Positions 37,773 through 47,800 of a stretch of DNA of 64,000 bases are shown one piece after another. The stretch lies in the IMG/VR virus record IMGVR_UViG_3300030107_004732, positions 1 through 64,000 of that record. One strand, written 5' to 3'. Both the position numbers and the translations under genes were made by a program. Within the stretch, counting starts at the first letter, position 1. Each line of letters starts with the position of its first letter. The notes beneath the pieces were generated by a model that worked only from the letters and a program-made list of their open reading frames with translations, made no database searches and had not been told where the DNA came from. The stretch comes from a virus.

Positions 37773-37967
37773 ATGTCAAAAAATAAAAAACCTACAATGA
37801 ATGAAGTAAGAGATGCAATAGCTGTAATGATTAGAAGAATTGATGATTTATATAAAGTTATGCATCAAAGTAATTTAACCTTTACTGAATATTTAATGTT
37901 CAAAAAAGAAGGAGATAAATTTACTGAACATTTAAAGGAAAAATACGATAAAAAGGAGGATGAATAA
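37773..37967 (+). CDS. Hypothetical protein
   Basis: RBS; coupled to next gene. Confidence 0.7.
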   Translation: MSKNKKPTMNEVRDAIAVMIRRIDDLYKVMHQSNLTFTEYLMFKKEGDKFTEHLKEKYDKKEDE

Positions 37968-38179
37968 TGAGTTGGTTTTGTGATACTCAAGAAGCAAAAG
38001 ATCATAAGAAAAATTGCAAGAAAAATCCTTGGAATTGTGGCAAATGTGTTTGGATAGATGAATCAGCTATCGCTATGGGAAGATATGGTAAAGTTGTAGA
38101 ATCTGAACCAGAAGCAGAAGAACTTCATCCTTTATTTGAACAGATAATGGAGACTTTTAATGGCAGAAAAATTGACTAA
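37967..38179 (+). CDS. Cys-containing hypothetical protein
   Basis: TAATG-coupled. Confidence 0.65.
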   Translation: MSWFCDTQEAKDHKKNCKKNPWNCGKCVWIDESAIAMGRYGKVVESEPEAEELHPLFEQIMETFNGRKID

Positions 38180-38283
38180 AAAACAATTAAAAGCAATTAA
38201 AAAACATAGGAAAGATAATCCTAAAGAAACAAGTCATGCTCGTAGAGCTAGATTATTAAAAAATAAACCTTGGTGGATGCCTC

Positions 38284-38433
38284 GTGACTAATTGCAATAA
38301 ATGTAAATCAAAGTGCTTCCCTGTGTATAGTTTATCTATAGTTAACGAAATATACGTATGCAGGGATTGCGCTTTTAAAATAATGGAAGGATATTATGAT
38401 AGAAGACCTATTAAAACTGAAAAGTCAGATTGA
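38284..38433 (+). CDS. Small Zn-finger protein (CNKC...CRDC), 49 aa
   Basis: Two CxxC pairs; GTG start. Confidence 0.5.
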   Translation: MTNCNKCKSKCFPVYSLSIVNEIYVCRDCAFKIMEGYYDRRPIKTEKSD

Positions 38434-38704
38434 TAGCATGGTAGAAACATATAAAGATCTACATCCAGATGAGTTTTATGACTTAATGGATAATGGTGAA
38501 TATATTACTAAAGAAGAGTATGAAACTCATGACAGAGGTAATAATACACATCTAGACGGTATGAGTGAGTATAATCAAAAACAACAGGCACTTAAAAAAA
38601 TAAGGGAGGGGACTTATGAAAGCACGTTCCGCGAAAAACAAGGGAAGAAAACTGCAGAACATGGTGAGGGATCGCCTTCGCTCTGTGTTTTCGGAGACTC
38701 TTGA
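38396..38704 (+). CDS. Hypothetical protein
   Basis: 102-aa ORF; 3' end overlaps the resolvase gene. Confidence 0.5.
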   Translation: MIEDLLKLKSQIDSMVETYKDLHPDEFYDLMDNGEYITKEEYETHDRGNNTHLDGMSEYNQKQQALKKIREGTYESTFREKQGKKTAEHGEGSPSLCVFGDS

Positions 38705-38969
38705 GACGAATGATATTGAATCCCAAGTTATGGGAATGAGTGGTGAGGATATTGTATTATCCCCAGCAGCTAAAAGAGCTATAAAATACAGTTTTGAATG
38801 TAAAAATCAAGAAAGATTAAACTTGTGGAAATCTTTAGAACAAGCAGAATCTAACTGTGATAATAGACATCCTGTACTAGTATTCAAAAGAAATAGAACA
38901 AAAACATATGTAGCTATAGAGTTTGATCACTTTATAGAATTAATCGATGAAAAACAAAAGGAGATTTAA
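38616..38969 (+). CDS. Holliday-junction resolvase-like PD-(D/E)xK nuclease
   Basis: SAKNKGR, GEDIVL, SFECKNQE motifs. Confidence 0.8.
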   Translation: MKARSAKNKGRKLQNMVRDRLRSVFSETLETNDIESQVMGMSGEDIVLSPAAKRAIKYSFECKNQERLNLWKSLEQAESNCDNRHPVLVFKRNRTKTYVAIEFDHFIELIDEKQKEI

Positions 38970-39133
38970 TGGAATTAAATCACATAGATAAAACAAATTT
39001 AGAATGGATTGAACAATATTTAGAAAACACATCTTATTCTGAAATACCTGAATCATTTATCAATCAAGTTGACCAATGGTTTGAAACTGTTAGTTACATT
39101 AAAAGTTTAGTAGAATTAAAAAAACAAAGCTAG
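38969..39133 (+). CDS. Hypothetical protein, 54 aa (last rightward gene)
   Basis: TAATG-coupled; ends 3 nt before the convergent stop. Confidence 0.65.
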   Translation: MELNHIDKTNLEWIEQYLENTSYSEIPESFINQVDQWFETVSYIKSLVELKKQS

Positions 39134-39136
39134 TGA

Positions 39137-41839
39137 CTAAAAGTCTTGTAGAGAAGAAAGTATTTGCAAGAGTTCCTCTTCTGAGTACTTCTTCTCTGCC
39201 TTTGATTTCTTAGTTTCTTTAGGGGTAAAATATGTAGATACAGGTTCTGGCATATATTTCTGAAGAGGCATTAATAAAGCATCTTTATAACCTGAAAGTT
39301 CAGGAGTGCCATATAAACCTAATTCTTGTCCTAATAATGTAGGTACACCAGTACCATTTATAGATCTAGGTACAGTTGAGTAAATAAGTCTTCCAATCTG
39401 AGTATTTAAAGTTCTTACTATTTCTTCAGTAGAGTCAGTATTGTGTCTTTCATGGAATTTGATATAACCATTTGAATAAGTTGTCCATTCAGGTCCACCC
39501 ATTTTCATAAAATTAGTAGCAGTTCCTATTCTTATTATATCACTTACAAAAGGACCACCAAATGTTCCAGTAATAGGATCTAATCCAAAAAAGGCTTTCT
39601 TTTTAGCTTCTTCATCGCCAGTTAAATATTCTCTTAACCTAATACCTCTTTCTAAAGTATCGTTTTGTACTAAATTATTAAAATTAGTATTTGTTAAAGC
39701 AGATAACCCTGTTATAAAAGTATATAACATACCCAATCTATATAATCTCCAAGCTTCAGGACTGTTCCATTCTTTAGCAAGTATATCATTACCACCTTTT
39801 TTAGCTATCTTAGCTTGATAGTTAAAGAAATTAATAGCATAAGTTGAAAACTGACCTAAAACAGAACCTACAGGGCTTTTTGTTATATTTGGTTTAGCAA
39901 ACCTATCATATTGATAGTGAAGCTCTTTAACCATTGCTGCTCCATAATTAGAAGCTTTTTTTATAATTTGCCTTTCTACTTCAGGAGTAATATCCATTTC
40001 TGAATCTTTAGATTTTTTTAAGGTCTTTCTTAATAATTCTTGATTACTTTTTAAATCTCTATATTTAGTCATAAATGCAATCTTAAATGTTAAACCCCTA
40101 TTTATTTTATTTTCAACCCACTGCATAGGTTTACCAGTTATCCTTGCAGTATTTTCCATCCAATCATTTATTTTACTAGCAGCAGTTGGACCTTTTTCTA
40201 TAACTCTACCTTCTGGAGTAACTTCTAAATGTGCCATCAAATCTCTAGGCATAGCAAGTTCTTGTATATTAACAAATTCGAAACCATGTCTTTTCATTTC
40301 ATTGTCAACAATAGTTTTCATAGATTCTGATTGCAAATCTTTCATAGCTGTATATATACCTTTATGACCAAAATATACCCAATTTTGTAAAGACTGGGTA
40401 GCATTTCTGGCAGCAGATCTTATATTTAATCCTAATTTAGACATAAATTGAAATGATGTAATAGCTTGAGAAAAATGAGCAAGTTTACTATCTCTAAATT
40501 TTGTGCCTAAAACAGCCTCATGTGTATCACCTATATAGCCTGCTAAGAACTGTAAATGTTGATCATAATCTTTTCCTTCTAATCTTCCCAACTCTTTTAA
40601 AGCATTAGTAGTTTCTTTTGTAACTCTTGCATTATAATTAAATCTTATAACATTATTTGAAAATGTATCAAGAAGACCTATAACATCTTTATTTTGAAAG
40701 TCAAACCTTCCAGATTTCTTTTCAAACGATAAACTAGGCATATTTAAATTGTCAGCTATATTTTTTATCATAGTACCCATATATCCGCTAACATCTTTAT
40801 AATTTGTATTTACTTTACCAGAAAACATATCTTGACTAAATTTAGCAAATGTAGGAGCTATATCTAATACTTGTGTTGGAAAATAATCTTTAGGTTTTTT
40901 AGGAGGGGGAATTTCTTTACCATTTTTCTTTGTATAACGAAAATAATCATTATATAAATTTTCTAATCTTTTTACCTCAAAACCTACACCATTAAACTCA
41001 TTTTTATGAGATTCTAAAACTTTTATATAATCTAATATACCATTACCTAATACTTTCCATAGTCTATCTTTTAATGGTGCTATATTTTGAGCAGGTTTAC
41101 CATTATGCCAAAGATTAACAGCTTCTACTACTTCAGGTCCATATTTTAATTTTGCTGCATCTAAATCCTGTTTTTTAAACTTACTAGGATCTAGCATCAA
41201 ATCATATAAAGCATTATTAATAGCCATTTGAGATTCAGGATCTACATTTTCAAGCCACTTTTTAGCATAAGCGTCAGCCTCTTCAACTTTGCCATCTTTC
41301 ATTAACTTTTCATGAGTAATTTGGTGTTTTTTTAACTCTTCTTGAACTTTATTTCTACCATAACCATACTTTCTCATAAACCCTGTATCACCCATAGCTC
41401 TGTTTAAAGAGTTTTTTATAATAGCTAAATCACTACCTATAGTTTGTAAATTACCATGATAGTAATTACTAGCTTGAACTAAATTATTAAAGTATTTCTT
41501 AGTAATGGGGTTTTTAGATAAAACATTTTCAGGAAGATTAAACAGTTTACCTAAAGTTGTAGGCTTTTTTTCTAATCCATTTAAAAACTTTGTTACATGC
41601 TTATCTAACTTATTTAACTCTTTAGCGTTTGGAAGTCTACTAAACTCAAAATCTAAATTAGGAAGTATTTCGTTAAATACTCTTTCAAATTCATTAGATC
41701 TACCACCAGTCATAGCTTTTATAATTTTATTATCCATCCATTTATCAACAATACCATTTAATCTATTAGCTCTATCTTGTTCACTAGCTTTGACATTTAA
41801 AGGATTTAAACATTTAACAGCCATCGACTCTTCCTCCAA
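39137..41839 (-). CDS. Large internal virion / ejected protein, about 900 aa
   Basis: Helical, KLGLNIRSAARNATQ and FSTYAINF motifs typical of large polyvalent virion proteins; follows the vRNAP. Start may be 41824. Confidence 0.6.
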   Translation of the reverse strand: MEEESMAVKCLNPLNVKASEQDRANRLNGIVDKWMDNKIIKAMTGGRSNEFERVFNEILPNLDFEFSRLPNAKELNKLDKHVTKFLNGLEKKPTTLGKLFNLPENVLSKNPITKKYFNNLVQASNYYHGNLQTIGSDLAIIKNSLNRAMGDTGFMRKYGYGRNKVQEELKKHQITHEKLMKDGKVEEADAYAKKWLENVDPESQMAINNALYDLMLDPSKFKKQDLDAAKLKYGPEVVEAVNLWHNGKPAQNIAPLKDRLWKVLGNGILDYIKVLESHKNEFNGVGFEVKRLENLYNDYFRYTKKNGKEIPPPKKPKDYFPTQVLDIAPTFAKFSQDMFSGKVNTNYKDVSGYMGTMIKNIADNLNMPSLSFEKKSGRFDFQNKDVIGLLDTFSNNVIRFNYNARVTKETTNALKELGRLEGKDYDQHLQFLAGYIGDTHEAVLGTKFRDSKLAHFSQAITSFQFMSKLGLNIRSAARNATQSLQNWVYFGHKGIYTAMKDLQSESMKTIVDNEMKRHGFEFVNIQELAMPRDLMAHLEVTPEGRVIEKGPTAASKINDWMENTARITGKPMQWVENKINRGLTFKIAFMTKYRDLKSNQELLRKTLKKSKDSEMDITPEVERQIIKKASNYGAAMVKELHYQYDRFAKPNITKSPVGSVLGQFSTYAINFFNYQAKIAKKGGNDILAKEWNSPEAWRLYRLGMLYTFITGLSALTNTNFNNLVQNDTLERGIRLREYLTGDEEAKKKAFFGLDPITGTFGGPFVSDIIRIGTATNFMKMGGPEWTTYSNGYIKFHERHNTDSTEEIVRTLNTQIGRLIYSTVPRSINGTGVPTLLGQELGLYGTPELSGYKDALLMPLQKYMPEPVSTYFTPKETKKSKAEKKYSEEELLQILSSLQDF

Positions 41840-44800
41840 CTTTACTATTTGTTATATTTTTTAATCTTTCAGCTCCGCCTGCAGGTGGATCTACAGGTAA
41901 ATTTTCATATGGTGCTCTTTGAGGAACTTTTCTTGGTCCTCCATAAGTTAAATTTTGTTTAGAAGCATCACCAAGCATAATTTGATAACCATTTTCTACT
42001 GCTTTTAAATAGCTTTGACCACCATTAATAGCTCCATATTTAGTAGCACCAACAAACTCAGGTATATAACCAACAGGCATATAGTGTAAGAAACTAGCTT
42101 TAGCCATTTCAGAAGCAAAACTTGGTAATAAAGGTTGAGAAGACATATAATAAGCTACATTTTTATTAGCATTTTCAAATCCAAATAAAGAAGAAACTCC
42201 AGGATTTATATGTCTTTGTTGAAAACTAGGCGACCAACTTTCAAAACTAAACTGAGCAATATCATCAACTAAAGGAAACCCTCTAAATATATCATGTTTT
42301 GCATTTGCAGCATTTGTCATAGTATTATGAACTATTGTACCTCTTTCACCAGGTAATCCATAAACTGCTCTTAATGAGTTGTTTACATGCCCTGAAAGAT
42401 GTGTAAATATCATGTCTTTTTGAAATTCTGTAATTAATTTAGAATCAGCGCTAGATATAAAGTTTAACCCTAATCTAATCATAGATAAGCTTTCTTTCTT
42501 AAAAGAAGGAGTTAAACGATCATGTAAATATGTAAATTTAAAAGGCTCTACTTCTGGAGACATAAGTTTCCATAATAATAGCTGCCCATATCCACCCTCA
42601 GATTGATATTTAGTATATAATCTTTCTAATCTATCCATAATAACAGTATTAGAACGAGTATTATCCATATACCATTCTTGCCCATTAAAGTTCTTTTTCC
42701 AAGTTTCTCTATAAAACTTTTTAAAATCTTTTACATCTTTCTCAAATTGCTTAGAAAGTTCTTTATTTGTAATATTTTCATTTATAAATATTTTGTTATA
42801 TCTATCAAAAGCATTAAACCATATAAGTCTTTCTATTTGATCTACAGAACTAACACCTTCAACACGAACAACGTTATTTTTTGAAATGTATTTATTTAAA
42901 GCATTATCGTTTCTTTTAGCCCAAGAACTTACTGTTGCATAATCAAAAGAGTCAGGTAAAGGACCTTCAGCCCAACCTTTAGGAGCTTTTCTGTCTTTAA
43001 TCATATCATCAATCAGTTTTCTTTTTGAAGCTTCTCTTATACCTTTAGCCCAAGGAACAGATTGTCCAGAACCTGATAAAACCATTTGCTTTTCTATTTC
43101 TCTTTTTTGATTTTTAAGTTGAAAAATATCCTCAGTTAAATACTCTATATATTGTTTATCACCTTTACCATAAGCATTAAATCTAGCTTTTTGTTGACTT
43201 CTTATTCTATAGTCTAAATAGTTAACGTAATTAAGATATTTGTTATTTTGATTTAATTCTTTCATAAACTCTGAAGCTACTGTACTAAAATCTTCAGAAT
43301 ACATACCTTTTTCACTAAACTTTTTAAATTCAGTAAGCATTTCCCCGCCAATTCTACCAGGGTTTTGAAGTCTCATATTATCATGATAACTAACAACAGA
43401 CATAGCTCTTTCAAATGGAAGTTGATTATCCATCCACTGAGTTGTTGCTTTGTTATCTCTAGCAAAATTTGGCCTTATAGAATTGCCATAATTACCAAAT
43501 ATATTAACAATATTATTTTGGTTATCTCTGAACATTCTATTTACTTCACCCTTATCTTGCTTACTTAGGCCCTTTGTTTTCATTGCTTTCCAATATGCAT
43601 ACTGAGAAAGATTAGCCATTTGATTATCAAAAGTAGTAGTTTGGGTTATTATATCATCATAACTTATTTTTTCTCTTTTACCACTAGAAAATTTACCAGT
43701 TGCTAATCCTAATAAATGTTGATAAGGAGCTATAACTGCTTTAATAACTGCTTTTTCTGCATTAGTAAATGTATGACCTGTATCTTCTGGTAACCATTTA
43801 TTTTTAAATTTACCAGAATCATTATAAATTGCTTTACTAAATATACCGCTATAACCATGCTCACTATCTCCAAACAAAACTCTATCAAACCACATATCAT
43901 TGTATTTTTCAGCATTATAACCTTGTCTAGAATCAGTAATGTTTTGTATATCTGTAGCTAATTTATCTATAGTCTTTTCAATTTTAACAGGATCAACATA
44001 TAACTTTCCACCACCATCAGCATTCCTTAATCTCATAGCGAAACCAGCAAAATCTGATTTTGTTTCTGGATTAAAAACACCACCAGAATTATAATGTTTT
44101 AAAGCATTTAATATCCTAGGAGTTTTAACTATTACCCCTCTTAATCTTTGAGCAGCATAATCACTAGCATAAAACTTATTCATAGAAGAAGCGTCTAAGA
44201 ATGACAGATTTTTAGGTAGACTTGTTTTTTGGTTTACTCCATCAGGATTAACTCTTATAACTCTACCAGATAAAGCATTCCATTCTCTTACAACTTCAGT
44301 AGGAGCATTCCACCAAAAATCTAATTTATCAACATCAAAATCACCTTCATGTCTCATAGCAAAATCATAAGCATTTAATTTGACTTGATTACCGTAATCT
44401 TCAGTAAGTATTTTTTTAACACCTATAGCACTTACATCACCTGGTCTTGTATGTGGGTTTCTTCTAAAGTTTGCCATAACTTGATAATTTTTATTACCTT
44501 CTATCTTTTTTACAACATCAGATAATTTGTCGCCTTTAACAATAGATTCATTACCTGTTTCTTTTATAAATTGCTTTAAATCTATAAGATCATCTTGACC
44601 TTTTGGATTTCTTTTTATAAAATGTAAATTTCCTAAATCAACTTCTTTTTGTCCAGCTCTATATGGTAGTTCAGCTTCACCATAAGTATTTACTTCTCTA
44701 CTTCCATTATCCATTTCTCTAAAAGTAGTATAAAGTAATTTTTCACCTGGACTAACAACTGATTGACCACCTAATTCAGTTTTCATACTTAGTATACCAG

Positions 44801-47800
44801 GTTTATCAATAAGATTAGATTTTAATTGATTTCTAAATTGATTAGCAAATGTTGATATTTGAGGTAATCCATTATTTTTAATCCATCTATTATAAGAAGA
44901 AGCATTATCTTGGACTTTCATATTTTCCATTAAATACTTACTATAAGCCAATCCATCAACTAAATTGTTAGAATCAAACTTTTTGTCAGACTCTTTAATT
45001 AAATTCTCTAAACTTCCCCTTAAAAGCCAATTAAACGCCTTATTTGATGCAGATCCACTTAAATGGTTTAATGCAGAATGAGATATTGTGGCGCTGTGGT
45101 CAGCGTTTACTATAGAGCCAATAGAAATATCTTCACCTTTAAGCAACTCTAAATGAGCTTCTCTAAAATCTTTTATTTTTTTACTACTACCTTTTAAATT
45201 AAGGTTGATTAAATCATCAAAAGTTTCCCAATCTTCAAATATTTTTTCTCTATTTTTTATTTTTGTTGCGCTTTCAAACATTACAGCATCAAGACCATTC
45301 TTTTTTAACATAGGATTTAATCTAGGGTCTGCTATAAATGCTGTTTTACCTATAATAACATTATTTCCAACTCTATGTACAATAGGTTTTATTCCGCCTA
45401 AACCAGGAGTATTTGCTGCTCCTGCTAAAGCGTAAAGACCTTGCATAGCTTCTGTACTAACCGCCATATAAGAATCATATTTACTTACTTCTCCGCCACC
45501 TGCCCAAGTTCTTCCACCTTCACCAAATTCATTAACAATTTTACTATCATATTTAAGTTCTGAATCAATTTGCTCTTTTAATTCTTGAAGTATATTAGCG
45601 CTTCTACCTTTTTTTAATTCTCCATTTTTAAACATTTCGTCAGCAACAACAATAATTTCTAGCCCACCATTCTTTTTGATTCTTTCTAAACCTTTCATCA
45701 TTTCAGGGTTTTGTTTTTTACTTATATTGTGGTTGTTATAAAACTCAAATGTTTCTTTTATATAATCAGTAGACATTTCTTTCATAGCAGTATTAGCTAA
45801 AAGTCTTAATCTACCAGCATATTTAGCCGTGGCTTCTGCTCCCTCTGTTTTCATATGTTCCCAAAAATTCTTACCCATATTTTTGTCCATAAACATAAAT
45901 GTAAACATAGTTTGTAATCTTTCAGACTGAATTGTAGCATCAGGTAAATCCCATTCATATTCAAATTTACCAGTTCCCTCATTTTTTTCATTTAAGATTT
46001 CTTTTTTAGATTTAGTAGACGATTTTAATAGCCCCTCTAAAGATTCAAAAACACTATTAGGTACATCAGGATTATCTTTTTTCCATTTTTCTAACTTTTT
46101 CTCAAACTTTTCAAGAATCTTAGGAATATTTTCTCTTTTAACACCTATTCCCCAAGAAAGATCAGCAAGTCTAATCATAATATGACCGCCTGTATTTTCA
46201 TGAGCGAGAACACCCCATTCATCTGTTCTAAGATTTTTGTCTATACTAGTTTTAGATAAGGCAACACGATTAATGATTTCGTTCATCATATTAGCATTAT
46301 CACGAGCATTTATAAGTTTGTTATTTTTTCCCGCAACAACCATATCAACTATAGAGAAAGAATCTTTTCCAAAAATATCTATTATTTCTCTAAATACATG
46401 GTTATCCATAACTGTATGTCTAAAATCAGTATGGACACCGTATCCTTCTGATACAGATAATCTATGAACATTTATTTGGCTTCTTGAACCTAAAATTAAT
46501 TGTTGAACATCATTCATCAACTCAAATTGTTGGTTGCTATCCATATCTTCAAACTTTAATTCTTTATTATTTTTATCATAAAGTATAGCATCATTTATAA
46601 GCTGTTCTCTAGTAGTGTTTTTTGTAAACTCATAATCTTTTTCCAAGCCATATTTTTGTTTAAATGCATCTCTTGTCACAGATTGATACATGTCAATATC
46701 AGAAGCTTTACCCATAGCGCTTCTATAATAATTTACTTGAGATTCTAAATTAGCAATTTCTACGCCTTGTGCTATATCAAATTTTGCCTTATCATAAATT
46801 TCTTGCATATCTTTTTTAAGATTTTTATTCAAAGGATCAAGAGCCAATTCATCTTTAACTATATCATAATAACCTTTTTTTCTTAAAGCTTCTATAATTT
46901 CATTAGAATTAACTGATTTATTTCCATACATCTGATATATATAGTGTATCATTTCTCTTGTTTCTGAGTCAAATTTAGAATTGTTTTTTATAGCCCCTAA
47001 TTGCTTTAAGAAATTATCATGAAGCATATTATTCATATCTTTTCTGACAGCTGTTAATTGACTTATCATTTCATGCAATTGAGAAGGTGTAACAGAAGCT
47101 ACAGTAGATGTAGTTTTTATAAAACCTGTCTGTTTCCCATCTTTCATTTGAACTAAATAGGGACTAATTAAATCTTTGTAATTTCTAAATAACTCAGCAG
47201 CTAAAAATTGTTTTTCAATACCCAATTCAACAGATAGTTGTTCAAATAGTTTATCCATAGTTGGCTCTTTATCAAAGATAGTATCTATTACTACTCTCCA
47301 GCCCTTACCCATTTTATTTTTACTATTTAAATCTAATTTTTTTAAGTCTATATTATTTACTTTAGATGACATTTGATTTATAACGCCAATTAATTCAACC
47401 ATATCCATATTAGGAGTTAACATTTTAAAATCCAAAAGCTTAGATAAAACTTTTCTATCAGTAGAGTTTAATATACTTCCATCTCTTTTTGTTGCTCCTT
47501 TAAAGAATTGATCCATAGCTCTTTCTTGATAAATAGCTTTGAACATATTAGATTCTGTCATATCTCCAGTGCTAAACATAGTTTCCATACCATTGTTTCT
47601 AAACACTCTTCTTAACTCTTTAATATCTCTTATTTGTTCTTGAGTAAATTTAACTTTAGAACCTGTATTATCTAATATTCTTTGTTCATAATTAGGATCT
47701 GTTCTTAATATAGATAATAAACTATTTACAAATCTTGCTTCTGCCCCTGATAAACCTTTTGTGCTAAATTCAGAAATTAAAACACTATCATTGCCTATAA